NCBI RefSeq assembly: GCF_001194135.2
Contig: NC_068991.1
Location: 57,713,277-57,771,451 of the forward strand
DNA: 58,175 nucleotides
Direction: 5' to 3'
Source: Octopus bimaculoides
Lineage: Eukaryota
The notes under the pieces were generated by a model that was given only the letters and a program-made list of their open reading frames with translations, did not search any database and was not told where the DNA came from. Both the position numbers and the translations under genes were made by a program. Positions 24,545 to 37,419 of the stretch are shown here, piece after piece. Position 1 is the first letter of the stretch. Each line of letters begins with the position of its first letter.

Positions 24545-24900
24545 GAACTCTACAAACATACATACACACACAAACACTCACACACGCACTCACACGCGTG
24601 CGCGCGCACACACACACTGAAAATAATTCCCTAAACACAAATATGTCACGTGTTTATTTCATTCATTTTTCTAATTTATTTCACTTTCTCAGTCAATTAT
24701 CTCCCCGCTACTTCAATTTTCAAATTCTGTTCATTTTTCTGTAAACATCATTTTCCTCGATTTCGTTACTTTTCTTCTTTTCTTTCTATTACCTACTTGG
24801 ATCAATATCTTTATTTTCTTCACAATTCTGTTGTCACTGTTCTTGTTATTATATTCAGTTATCTCATTCTTTATTTACCTATTGTATATTTTATAGTGTT
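24545..24900 (+). repeat. 355-bp direct duplication, copy 2
   Basis: Homologous to 23616-23970. Confidence 0.95.
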
Positions 24901-25180
24901 AGTCGCTATCACCGTGATCACCACGGATGTCCTTGTAATCTTTGTTGCTGTATGTGTTGTCGTTGATGTTACACCGCTTCTAGTTTTCATTTTCTTTAGT
25001 TTTCATGTAATTTTCACACGTGAATAACCCTCACAGTGTTATTCTTTCACTTAGACACATACGCTTGTGTTTGATTAACGCTCATCGTCTTTCATCCCCC
25101 TCTCGATCCACCCTCACTCCGAATATCCATTACCAATGACCCCCTTCATGCCTCTAAATATATATATATATATATATATA

Positions 25181-25340
25181 TTATTTAAAAGAGTTCCAAC
25201 TCTGACTGTTTTGTATGTTTTATTTATATTCTTATAAAATTAATGTGGGATATAGAATATGGAATATATAATATAAATAGTAAAATGAAATGAAGTTTTG
25301 AATGTCTTATTGAATATATGAACTATTGAGTATTAAATAT
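25181..25340 (+). repeat. AT-rich dispersed repeat, diverged copy 2
   Basis: TTAAAAGAGTTCCAACTCTGACTGTTTTGTATG...GTGGGATATAGAATATGGAATATA. Confidence 0.85.
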
Positions 25341-25512
25341 CAGGTCTAGTATACTTTCACGCCTCATGGCATTCATCAAGGCCCCGTCTATATATATATA
25401 TGTTTGTGTGTATATATACATACATATGTTTATATATCTTTATCATTATTTTTTTCTATGTTTCTAGTCATTAGATTGCGTCTATGTATTTATTTCTTCT
25501 AATCGTCTGCAG

Positions 25513-25621
25513 AATGGTAATATTTTCCTCTCTGCCGCATGAGGATGGCGGTTACCAGCCAGGCCACATCTATTTCGGGTGGTATATCACTGACCCTGAC
25601 TTTTGAAGTTCTTCATCTTAA
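25513..25621 (+). other. Candidate exon (109 nt), product unknown
   Basis: Acceptor TTTCTTCTAATCGTCTGCAG with CTAAT branch-like motif; donor AA|GTAAGT; all three frames contain a stop. Confidence 0.3.
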
Positions 25622-25756
25622 GTAAGTCGGCAGAAGAACTACCTTTTCCGATTTCTATGTCGTTGTTGATTTGTCTGTGTGTGTGCGAATGTGTGCGAGT
25701 GTGTACGAGCGAGTGTGTACGAGCGTGTGTGTGTACGTATGTATGTCCACATATAC

Positions 25757-25805
<49 letters not shown>

Positions 25806-25916
25806 TATACACACATATATACATACATATATATACACACACACATATATCTATATACATATACATGCCTGTGTATATATATAAGTATATATGCCTATGT
25901 CGATCTCTCTCTTTCT

Positions 25917-25985
<69 letters not shown>

Positions 25986-26116
25986 ATATATACTTATATC
26001 TACACAGGCATGTATATATACATCCACACGCACATATATACATGTATATGTATGTATGTGTATATATACGTGTATGTGTGCGTTTGTGTCTTTTTCCTTC
26101 TTATTTGTGTGAGATA

Positions 26117-26281
26117 TTGGCCGCGGCCATACTGGAGCAACGTCTTGAAGTGTTTCTAATCGAAAGAATCGACCCCAGCACTCATAGTTTCAGTCTCGTA
26201 TTTAATCTAAGCGTCAGTTATGTCGAATTGCTGGTTTACAAGAATGTAGGCCATTAGCAGTTGTCAAGCCGAGGTGGCAGA

Positions 26282-26290
<9 letters not shown>
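26117..26290 (-). mobile_element. SINE family C 3' half, diverged
   Basis: GCGGCCATACTGGAGCAAC...AATCGACCCCAGCACTCAT...GTTGTCAAGCCG...CAGACAAACACAC. Confidence 0.7.
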
Positions 26291-26332
<42 letters not shown>

Positions 26333-26881
26333 ACACACGCACACACACATGAATGCATACGAAGGTCTTCTTTCCCTTCCCATCTACCAAACACACTCAT
26401 AATGCTTTGAGTGGCACTGAGCTACATGAGATTAAATTTGCAACTACGCGGGTGGAAAGCGAACATCTTACAAGCATGCAGTCACACAGGACACATACAT
26501 ACAGAACAAAAAGGCACGCAGAAAGCCGCACATCCAAACACGCCCAGGCGCAGACAGACATAACAGAGACACATTCTATACTCATTACTTGTCAACAAGT
26601 TGCAAGTTAATCGCACTAGACGAACTATCGCTTTTTGTCTTCCTCTTTAAATTGCCTTATATTTTTCTCTCTCTCTCGCTAATGTGTATTGTATATTTCT
26701 TGCTCTCTAAAATCGTCTCATTATTATCTGTTCCTCATATATTGCGTGTATTGTTTTGCAATATTTCTGTACATAATTGTCTGCTTGTCTATGTTTGTAA
26801 TTATGTCCCGGAAGCCGCATCTATCCATCTATTTGTCAATCTGTCTGATCATCTGTCTGACTCCTTGTCTCTCTCTTTCTC

Positions 26882-26914
<33 letters not shown>

Positions 26915-27163
26915 TTATCTATCTGTTTTGTCTATTAATCAGATTGTCTCTCCTCACACGTAATTACAAACGTACATACAATCACACACACACATAAGCA
27001 TATACAACGCACATACACACATACATACATGCGTACATACATACAGGCACACATACATACATATATGCATGTATTCATACGTGCATGCATACATATATGT
27101 GTGTGTGTGTGTGATTATATAAATACACATATATTGATAGATAGACAGACAGATAAATGTATG

Positions 27164-27199
<36 letters not shown>

Positions 27200-27204
<5 letters not shown>

Positions 27205-27408
27205 GCTTAAAAGAGTTCCAACACTGTCTGTTTTTTATGTTTTATTTATATTCCTGCAGAACTAATGTGGGGTATAGAATATGGAATATACAATATATAA
27301 TATAAAATAAAATAAAAATGGATGGCACCATGAAATAAAGTATTGAATGTAGATGAAATATTGAGTGTTCAATATAAATGATCAAATATATAAATATATA
27401 AATATAAA
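27200..27408 (+). repeat. AT-rich dispersed repeat, copy 3
   Basis: Near-identical to 20967-21198 apart from a ~20-bp indel. Confidence 0.9.
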
Positions 27409-28345
27409 TATATATATATAAAGACGACTCGAGTTTCAGGGCTATTTCCTTTCGTCATGGCCGCTATGGCNNNNNNNNNNNNNNNNNNNNNNNNNNNNNN
27501 NNNNNNNNNNNNNNNNNNNNNNNNNNNNNNNNNNNNNNNNNNNNNNNNNNNNNNNNNNNNNNNNNNNNNNNNNNNNNNNNNNNNNNNNNNNNNNNNNNNN
27601 NNNNNNNNNNNNNNNNNNNNNNNNNNNNNNNNNNNNNNNNNNNNNNNNNNNNNNNNNNNNNNNNNNNNNNNNNNNNNNNNNNNNNNNNNNNNNNNNNNNN
27701 NNNNNNNNNNNNNNNNNNNNNNNNNNNNNNNNNNNNNNNNNNNNNNNNNNNNNNNNNNNNNNNNNNNNNNNNNNNNNNNNNNNNNNNNNNNNNNNNNNNN
27801 NNNNNNNNNNNNNNNNNNNNNNNNNNNNNNNNNNNNNNNNNNNNNNNNNNNNNNNNNNNNNNNNNNNNNNNNNNNNNNNNNNNNNNNNNNNNNNNNNNNN
27901 NNNNNNNNNNNNNNNNNNNNNNNNNNNNNNNNNNNNNNNNNNNNNNNNNNNNNNNNNNNNNNNNNNNNNNNNNNNNNNNNNNNNNNNNNNNNNNNNNNNN
28001 NNNNNNNNNNNNNNNNNNNNNNNNNNNNNNNNNNNNNNNNNNNNNNNNNNNNNNNNNNNNNNNNNNNNNNNNNNNNNNNNNNNNNNNNNNNNNNNNNNNN
28101 NNTATATATATATATATATATAGATATAGATATAGATAGATAGATAAATAGATAGATAGATAGATAGATATAGAGACCACACCCGTCGAAGATGACGTAT
28201 GAGTGTTTAGTATTTTACTGAATAATCTGCACATAAATTATTTGTCTAGAGTGATCAAATATTCATACCGTGCTTTAGCCTCCCCCCCTCTCTCTCTCTA
28301 TTAAATCGACGTTGTCTGAACAGGTGCACGATGTATCACGCGTGG

Positions 28346-28484
28346 GTATCAGAACGATCGCAGAGCAGCGTGAGACGAAGTTGCTCAAGGACACAACGCT
28401 CAAGAATACAACGCACAACCCGGTCTAGGAATTGAAACGACGATCTCGTGATTGTGAGTGCAACTCCCTAACCACTTGGTCATG
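28346..28484 (-). mobile_element. SINE family B 5' portion
   Basis: TTGCTCAAGGACACAACG (locally duplicated)...GGAATTGAAAC...CTCGTGATTGTGAG...CTAACCAC is the reverse complement of the family B head. Confidence 0.75.
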
Positions 28485-28542
28485 TTGTACAACTGCACAC
28501 TTGTCTCTATCTGTACCAGACTTTAAAAAAAAATAATAAATA

Positions 28543-28623
28543 TCGGTGTCGAATCATTCGACTAAAAATTTTTCAAGGTGGTGCTCCATCATGGCCGCTG
28601 TCTAATTACGGAAACGAATAAAA
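28543..28623 (+). mobile_element. SINE family C terminal fragment
   Basis: GTCGAATCATTCGACTAAA...AAGGTGGTGCTCCATCATGGCCGCTGTCTAAT. Confidence 0.7.
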
Positions 28624-28989
28624 GTGAAAAGGTACGTTTATGTCTAAGCTGGCTTTTCCTTTTGATTTTCAGCGTTATTTATGGATATATACATGCGCGT
28701 GCGCGAGTGAGAGAGTCAGTATATGTGCATACGTTTGCTTGTTTCTTTCTTTGTGTGTGTATGTGTGTGTGTGTGTGTGTGTTTGTGTGTGCGTGTGTAT
28801 AGGTACCTATGTTCAATTTTGAGACGATCCTGCTCACCACGTGCACGTACAGGTAAAACAGGAAATGGATGTATACCCAGTGACGTATCCAGATTCATGC
28901 GAATGATCAACCTTCAAGAATGGTAACCAAAGGCCATAATCAACATGGTTTTCACCATTCTCCTCCTCAGCTTCAGAATCACCGTCTGC

Positions 28990-29350
28990 ATCCCCATCAT
29001 CACCATCTTAATCATCATCATCATATTCTTTACCATCATAATCATCCTCACCCCACAAACACCCCACCCCCACCACTATCACCATCTTCTTCATTGTCGT
29101 TCTCATCGTCGTCACCGTCATCATCTTCATCATCACCATCATCATCGTCGTCATTATCACCAGCGTCAGCATCACTACGACGACGACCACAACCGCCATC
29201 ATCACTATCACGATCACCATCATTGTTGTCACCATCACTATCGTCGTCTTCGTCATCATCATAATCATCGTCATCATCATAATCATCGTCATCCACGTCG
29301 TCATCATTATGATTATGATAGTAATCATTATCATCATTATTAACATCGTC
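28990..29350. repeat. Degenerate (CAT)n/(CAC)n/(CGT)n repeat
   Basis: Seen directly. Confidence 0.9.
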
Positions 29351-29735
29351 ATCTCCACGACGACAACTGCTACTATATTGTTGAAATTGTTGTTCTTGTT
29401 CTTTTAATACATCTATTCCCCCTCCACTTCATCTACCTCCTCTTCACACTCCTTCTATTCCTCATGCTCTTTCTTTCCATCCTCACGTCCGTTCCGTTTC
29501 GGGAGCAGAAATAGTAGTCTTCCCATGTCTGCCTCATCCAATTTGTTCTCTTTTGTAATACTAAGACATTCTTGGTGACAAAGACGGCAGCTGGAACTAA
29601 CTGCCCTGGCATTGATGTACCGTCTGGACACGTGACTCCCTTTATAGGAATGCGTACCATCCATGGGAGAACAACTGATTCATACGTACACACATACACA
29701 TATATATGTATATGTATATGCATGTATGTATGTAA

Positions 29736-29798
<63 letters not shown>

Positions 29799-32190
29799 TA
29801 TGCGCTTGTATACACCCATATATGTATACATATATATAATTAGTATGAAATCTGTGACCCGTCACTGACCTTTTGCATCTATTAAGGATCTATTTATTTC
29901 AGGTTTTAAACCCTAGCATCAGAGACATTCTTTCATGTTCTGCTGATGCCGACTAAGCACGCAAATGCTTTTTTTTTTTTGCTAAGGAAGGGGCTACATT
30001 TTGTATATTCTTACACACATAATGCTTTTATATAACTAATTAGCGTTATTCTTTCTTGTAAATACTCACTTTTTATTTCCTTCAATATATCATCCCTGTT
30101 GTGCATTCATCATACAGCTTCAGAATTTCAAATTGCAAATAAATAAATAAATAAATAAATAGATAAGTAAATAAATAAATAAATAAAATTTTCACATTGT
30201 CCATTATATTTAAATTTTAGCTTTATTATTGCGATGCTTTCTCTTCCATACACAAATAATTCTTCCGTAATTTCTTTTTTTTTTTTTTTTTTTTTTCTCT
30301 TAGCAAGAATTCTCTTCTAATACTTTTCTTATAAATAAAATAACTTGGCAATGAAAGATTTTAAGTAAAGGTTTGTAAATGTCACTAATTCTCTTCTGTT
30401 TTTCAATATAATCTAATCTAGTTCGATCAGCCTCAGATTTATAACACTAAAACTATTGTTTATCACAAGAATGTTTTTATAACTTGATGGCTCTTACGTT
30501 TTTGCTAGCATTTGGTATTGTATTGAGTAATATTGAAAGCTCCGAATAATTTCTATTTTATTCTATGCGCAAAAAAAAAAAGTCTTGTTCGTTTATTGCC
30601 AGAATTTTTTAATATTGATGTTCCTACTGTGAATATTGCTTGTGTAGTCGTTTTATCCTATCAAATACGTCTATTTAATGGTTTAGTATAGAAAGGGTGC
30701 GATAGTAACCATGATATTTTGTTCAGGACGAATATAAATAAATTTCTCTCGGAGAGGAAAACAGGTAGTCAGTCATCTTACGCAGTTTATACCAAGAGTC
30801 TATTCGAACCCTGAAATTTACCCCATGCGGCGTTTAAGAATTAGGAATAATCTTGAATCAAAAAATAGTTTAGAGGTATACCAGACGTTTCCATGTTAGT
30901 TATAACAGTGCAGATTAGAAATCGTTTGCAAGCCAACTAGTTGCAAATTGGGTTTAGATGTACAAATTAACGAGTTTTTGTTTCGGTGTGGAATCAAAGG
31001 ACAACCCTGTCACGCCGCGTTCCCGCTATAGTGGAAATAGGTTAAACGTCATGTCAGCCAGATTCCCTGTAAAGCGGTCATGAACAACACACTTAGAAAA
31101 GGAAAATGCAACCGATCCTCTCCTCTCTATTTATGTTTTTCTCGGGAGGCCAGTGGGGATGGGCGTTGATTTATACACATGGGCTCATCTTGAGATGGCT
31201 AAGTTCACATATTCACGATGAAGAAGCCATTGGTGACATAATTTTATCTAAAGGTTTCATTCGGTCCCCATCTGCCCGACTCTAAGGTTTAAGCGACTTT
31301 CGGTCAACACATATTGTTTTACGATGCAGTACACTTTTAGAAAATGCTTCGGCCTAGAGGTATGCATGATCAGTTTTGGTATTGGTGTTAGGTCAATGTT
31401 CTCATGCAAGACATGTATTGTAGTTGGTTGGACTTTCAACCTGGTTCCTCACGCTCTGACAGTGCTTGGGAAACCAGATATCTTCAGATTTAAAAGGAAT
31501 TTCTAAGAACAACGCAAGGTAGGTGTGGGAGTATGCGCCGTTGCAATGCGTTGCTGCATTTACCATCTATTACTATACTTTCTGGTCCTCCCGGGAGACC
31601 CATCGAGCTGAATCCAAGTCAGTCCCCATTTCCACGACATACTTTCTCATCTGCCATGACTATGTGACATGTAGCCCATCAATACGATCCGAATCCTCAT
31701 GCAAAGGAACACGGTAAGCTGGGTCTAGCTCTGAAATTCGAGCAACATGGTCAAACAATCTGATCTAGCGCCCCCGATTCATACAAATAACAAGATACAT
31801 CCCAGTTTCTGAGTATAGCACTTACATGGACTTACCTGCCATCTTGGGTCTTCTGGATACCAATGCCTCATATATATATATATATANNNNNNNNNNNNNN
31901 NNNNNNNNNNNNNNNNNNNNNNNNNNNNNNNNNNNNNNNNNNNNNNNNNNNNNNNNNNNNNNNNNNNNNNNNNNNNNNNNNNNNNNNNNNNNNNNNNNNN
32001 NNNNNNNNNNNNNNNNNNNNNNNNNNNNNNNNNNNNNNNNNNNNNNNNNNNNNNNNNNNNNNNNNNNNNNNNNNNNNNNNNNNNNNNNNNNNNNNNNNNN
32101 NNNNNNNNNNNNNNNNNNNNNNNNNNNNNNNNNNNNNNNNNNNNNNNNNNNNNNNNNNNNNNNNNNNATACATTTCGGATTATATATATT

Positions 32191-32222
<32 letters not shown>

Positions 32223-32458
32223 AGATTGGAATAGTGAAATTTTCATTCGCTTAACCATGAAACGATTCGTATCCAATTAACTAAGGACTTGTTTTGTTTA
32301 CGCTTTTCCCTCCGGTTTTTTGTTCTATGTGTGCCATAAATATCGCCATCCGTTTAGAGAAAAAATTGTAGTTTAGAATCAGTAGTTCTTTGACTGCTAT
32401 TTCTAAATTTTCAGTATGTTGGGGAAGCAACTCAATGCTAATCCCTGTATATTTATGA

Positions 32459-32499
<41 letters not shown>

Positions 32500-32741
32500 G
32501 TAACAATGACAATATTCCTTGGATGGAATTTAGAAATATTTAATGCATCGTTACGCGCATTTCCACAGATCACATGTTTCTTAAGATCACAGTCCGTATT
32601 CCTAGGATGATTACGGTGTAGGCCGTAGTACACGTGAGCATCGAGTCGATTATCGTGGATTCATTTCATCAGGCGATATAACATTGATGGATGATTGTTT
32701 AGCTGAGTGTTGTTTATCCCTTCTGACCAGTGAGAAGGTCG

Positions 32742-32782
32742 ATTCGTGAGCCGAATACACTAACCATAAAGCCACGCGCCTT
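32742..32782 (-). mobile_element. SINE family B head fragment
   Basis: GTGAGCCGAATACACTAACCATAAAGCCACGCGCCTT is the reverse complement of the head of 22371. Confidence 0.65.
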
Positions 32783-33371
32783 CTCTAATCCCTAATCTTT
32801 AGTCTTTAACTAAATCTTTAAAAAGCAGAGTGTTAATAAATGCAGTGGAAATGTGTAAGAAGTGTATGGAGAGGAATTGTGCGGTGTGAGACAGAGATTG
32901 AGAGGATTGAGTGAGAGTGACGTCCATGAAGAAGCTCAATTAATATTGACTGTTATTGGTTCCTAGTTGATTTATATGAACTCTTGGAATATTGAATCAC
33001 AGATATGCCCATATATAGACATGCATACATGCGCATATACAATCGCAAATACACACAAGAAACATGGACTCACTCACACGCATTCACACACATACACACA
33101 CACACGCACAACCACCCACACAAGTACACAACATGCTCTGTGATTCTGAGTGTATGAATCGGTATGCATTCTTTTTTTGTTCCAGCAGAAAATTCTCCAT
33201 AATCCTTTACCATTATCTCAGACACATCATTTCTGTGCAGTTTATAACATTTAGCGAAAACCTTTTTTCTCTGTATGTAAATATTTATGTATGCATGCTA
33301 CGATGTACACATACAGATATTTATACACATAAATAAGCATATATAGGTAGTATATATATATGCATATATAT

Positions 33372-33406
<35 letters not shown>

Positions 33407-34594
33407 ATGTGTGTATGTATATATACAAACATATACATGTGTGTGTATGCATGTCTGTATATATATATATACATTTACACCGACACACACACGAACACAC
33501 AACACAGATGTATTGAATGTATGTATATATGCATGTATGTACGTGTGTGTATGCTTATTTCTTTATGTATCTATACGAGCATACATTTACTCTGCTAAGC
33601 TCCATTTTCATTGATGCATTCAACAACACAATTCGCATCAATTACACAGGCTTCTGTTTTTCTTGTCACTTATCTGTTCGCCTAACGTTTTAAATCCACC
33701 GTACAATTATTAGTTTTATACACACACGTACTTCTTCATTATCAAGACAGCTTCATTTATTACGTTCTGACACTAAAGGAAGCGGCTCAATTTCCTGCCA
33801 TTTCCGCTGAAGCTAAGCATACAATATTCCATCACCACCAACAGCTAGGCTTGGCTATAGTCGGTACTACGTTTTCTGCATCGACCCAGCGCTGTTTTGA
33901 CACAGTATATGTAGATAGGCGCAGTATTATACTGAGATTGCTTCGAAAATGTTAATCGTTCTTTGTACAATATACAACACATTATCATACTTCTTGTTCC
34001 GCGCCGCATGTGTGTATTTTACAAAGTTAATGCCATGTACGCCGAGACATACAATGCTTTACAAACACCGACGAATACACAGACACACATACATATACAT
34101 ACGCAGATTCACATGCAAATATCTATATAAACACACAAAAATATGTGCGTGTATGTTTGTGCTTGTGTGCGTGCGTTCGTAAATTCAGAAATACAAATAA
34201 ACAAGGTAAATTCTATGCGAACATAGAATCGTAAAGTGGTTTTTACATCACACAGACATATTATAACAGACAAATACGTTCGATACATTGCACCATTATT
34301 TGTAAATCATATCATTTAAACATCTTTCGCTCTGTCATCTTTGATTTCGCATATATATATATATACCTGCATGTATATATTTATCAATGATTGTATGTAT
34401 AACGAGTGAGAGGATAAACGAAAGAAGGACACTCAACAAATTTATTGGGAGTTATATGTATGGAGCAAAACAGTTTGAAATTCAAAATGGTTGACGACTA
34501 ACATCACGCTTGAAACTCAAGGATACCAACGGATTTGAATCAAATTGTTTTGATCCATAAGTATATGCAAAGTGTAATGGCGTATCATTAAAAT

Positions 34595-34841
34595 CTTTTA
34601 CTCTCTTGTATTCGTTTACTTGTTTCAGTCATTTGACTGCGGCCATGCTGGAGCACCGCCTATAGTCGAGCAAATCGACCCCAGGACTTATTCTTTGTAA
34701 ACCTAGTACTTATTCTAGCGGGCTCTTTTGCCGACCGCTAAGTTACAGGGACGTAAATACACCAGCAACGGTTGTCAAGCGATGTTGGAGGAACACACAC
34801 AGACACACAGACACACATACACACACACACACACGCACGCG

Positions 34842-34893
<52 letters not shown>

Positions 34894-35040
34894 CGTATAT
34901 ACGACAGGCTTCTTTCAGTTTCTGCCTACCAAATCCACTCATAAGGCTTTGGTCGGCCCAATATGCCCCGCAGTGGGAATGGACCCGGAACCATGTGGTT
35001 GGTTAGCAAGCTACTTACCACACAGCCACTCCTGCGCCTA
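34595..35040 (-). mobile_element. tRNA-derived SINE family C, near full length (best copy)
   Basis: Minus-strand head TAGGCGCAGGAGTGGCTGTGTGGTAAGTAGCTTGC (A box), TTCCGGGTCCATTCCC (B-box-like), internal (GT)n, tail GGCCGCAGTCAAATGACTGAAACAAGTAAA; more than 10 related copies in the window. Confidence 0.9.
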
Positions 35041-35065
35041 TATCTTTTTATTTTTTATTTTTCTG

Positions 35066-35250
35066 AAAGTCACCGGACCGCGGCCATGGTTTGGCATTTC
35101 CTTGGCTTTAATCGAACAAAATGCGCAGAAGTGCTTACTTTTAAAACATGGGGCTTATTCGCACGGTGTTTCGCAGGGCCACTAGTCTGCGGAAACGTAA
35201 ACACACCAACAAATGCTGTCAAGCGATGGTGGGGAACAAGCATACACAAA
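35066..35250 (-). mobile_element. SINE family C 3' half, old copy in tandem with 34595-35040
   Basis: CGCGGCCATG...ACGTAAACACACCAAC...TGTCAAGCGATGGTGGGG. Confidence 0.65.
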
Positions 35251-35631
35251 AATACATTCAGAGACACACACTCACACATACACATAAACTTCCTGTTTTA
35301 ATTGTCATTTTTTAACCACGTGAAAGTTTTACACTGGAAGCTTCGCCAGAAACGAGAATTTAAAGTTGGAAACGCATGGGATGAACATCGGGCTGAACGA
35401 GTGCTGGAGTCGGGGATTGTAAGATTCTGTGGAACTTTTGTAATCAAATGGACAAGAAACAAAAAGAAATAATAGAACAGACATAACAATAATAGTCAAG
35501 AAAAAGCGAAGTTGCCCACTAATTGATCCATCATGTCTGTTTGTTTCAAGGATCGTAAAGAAAGAAGGCTGAAAAAATACAATCCGTAACTTCGTGCATC
35601 CTGCTCCTTGGATCTTTCCACTACACATATG

Positions 35632-35687
<56 letters not shown>

Positions 35688-36179
35688 TGTGTGTGTGTGT
35701 GTTTGAGTGTGTGTGCGTGCGTGTCTGTGTGTGAACTTACCTGGAAAAAACATTTATTAATAAAAATAATTGAATTAATGCATGCAAAGTTTCACAGCAC
35801 AGCTGTAGCATCACTCCTTCATAGTCGGCCTCTGAACATTGTAGCACATCCTCGTGTGTATACACGCACCCCCACCACACACACAAACGCACAAACACAC
35901 ACACATTAATCTTTTTTTTGTTTGAATTATTAAACTGCAGCCATGCTGGGGTACCGCCTTGAAGAATATCTCGTCTTATGAAGTGATAAATTCCAAAGAT
36001 TTCTGGCTTGGCAGTGTAGTTGGGGTCATGTGGTTGCGAAACAAGCTTTTTACACCACAGAATGAAAGTTGAACTTTAACCTCACGCCGAAGGCCTCATG
36101 GATACACATACAAACGCACACACATGCACATAGAAACACACACAGTCACACTCAGAAACTCTCGCATATAGAAAAACAG

Positions 36180-36215
<36 letters not shown>

Positions 36216-36289
36216 ACACACACACACACACACGCACACTCAAACACACACACATACCACGATTACTGTGCCAGTTGGTCTGAGAAACA

Positions 36290-36572
36290 GAACTGATTGT
36301 TCGTAAAATTGACTTGCAAGTGGTTGAGCAAAGACACGCGTACCCTTAACGTATTTCCCAAGAGGAGGGGATTCAGCATCATAAAGAATGTGACGAGGCA
36401 GCCGACCTTTCGAATTACAGGTGCTACTAATTCTTGCTGGCTGATTGGATAGGAGCAACCGGAAATAAAGAGAATAAAGAGTTTTTCTCAAGGACACAAC
36501 ACGCCGCCGGCAATCGAAGTCACGATCTCACGACTGTAAGCCAAATGCACTAACCACCAAGCCACGCACCTT
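36290..36572 (-). mobile_element. SINE family B, near full length
   Basis: Reverse complement of 22371-22669 (AAGTGGTTGAGCA...TTTCGAATTACAGGTGC...CTCAAGGACACAAC...CACTAACCACCAAGCCACGCACCTT). Confidence 0.85.
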
Positions 36573-37419
36573 CTCTCGACTTCTTTCACACACACACACA
36601 AACACAGATACATTCACAAGCACATATAATGCACGCAGCAACATGCACCTACACTTAATTTCACAGCAAGAACGTCTTAGCAGGAGAAAAGTATACATCA
36701 GTTCGTTCGTCCAACGACAAGCAAATACATCACATGAAGGAGTTTATAAAGAAAATGGATTTCATTTCTTATGTTACGTTAAAAATATTTGCTACAGAGA
36801 AGAAAATATAATAAAACCATATCCATAAAGCAACCGTGGCACCAGCAGCAGTAGCAACAACTGTTACATCAGAAGAAGTAGCAGTAGTAGCAGCAGCAGC
36901 AGCAGTAATAGTTGTAGTGGCGGTGGTGGTGATAGACGCAGCATTATGGCACATTTCCTGTGATCGCTAAAGCTTCCTCATGCGTTCTATATGTATATGT
37001 GTGTGTGTGTGTGAAAGAAAGAGAAAGAGTATGTGTAGTTGTGGATGTATGCCTGTGTGTACATATATGTATGTGTTTATATGTGAGTATAGTATGTATA
37101 TATATATNNNNNNNNNNAAAACGTTCATACATAATTGAGCACTCATATAAATATACACACACACGCGTATCAAACATATCTACACACACACACACATACA
37201 CATACACACACATACACACACACCCACACACATACACACACTCGTATAGATATGTTCCTTATTCGTCTCTTTCGACGTGATTGCAGAAAACTCTCTCAAC
37301 GGATATGTAATGTCGAGAAATGATGGAAAAATGTGAACAATTTAATTTATTGTTGCAGTAATGTGTTAACAGAGTGAAGGCAATGTCTCACTTAGGAAGT
37401 ACAGCGAAAAAAAAGAAGT

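Noticed and set aside
31450-31505. Minus-strand EDIWFPKH resembling the WFPKH/WFPRK motif of aromatic amino-acid hydroxylases
   Set aside because: Five-residue match; the expected following ELD..C...DHPGF sequence is absent from the window.
16775-36572. tRNA-gene-like stretches (16775-16810, 2040, 22371, 34990-35040, 36500-36572)
   Set aside because: No complete cloverleaf; they continue into SINE bodies or hold only an A box, so they are SINE heads rather than tRNA genes.
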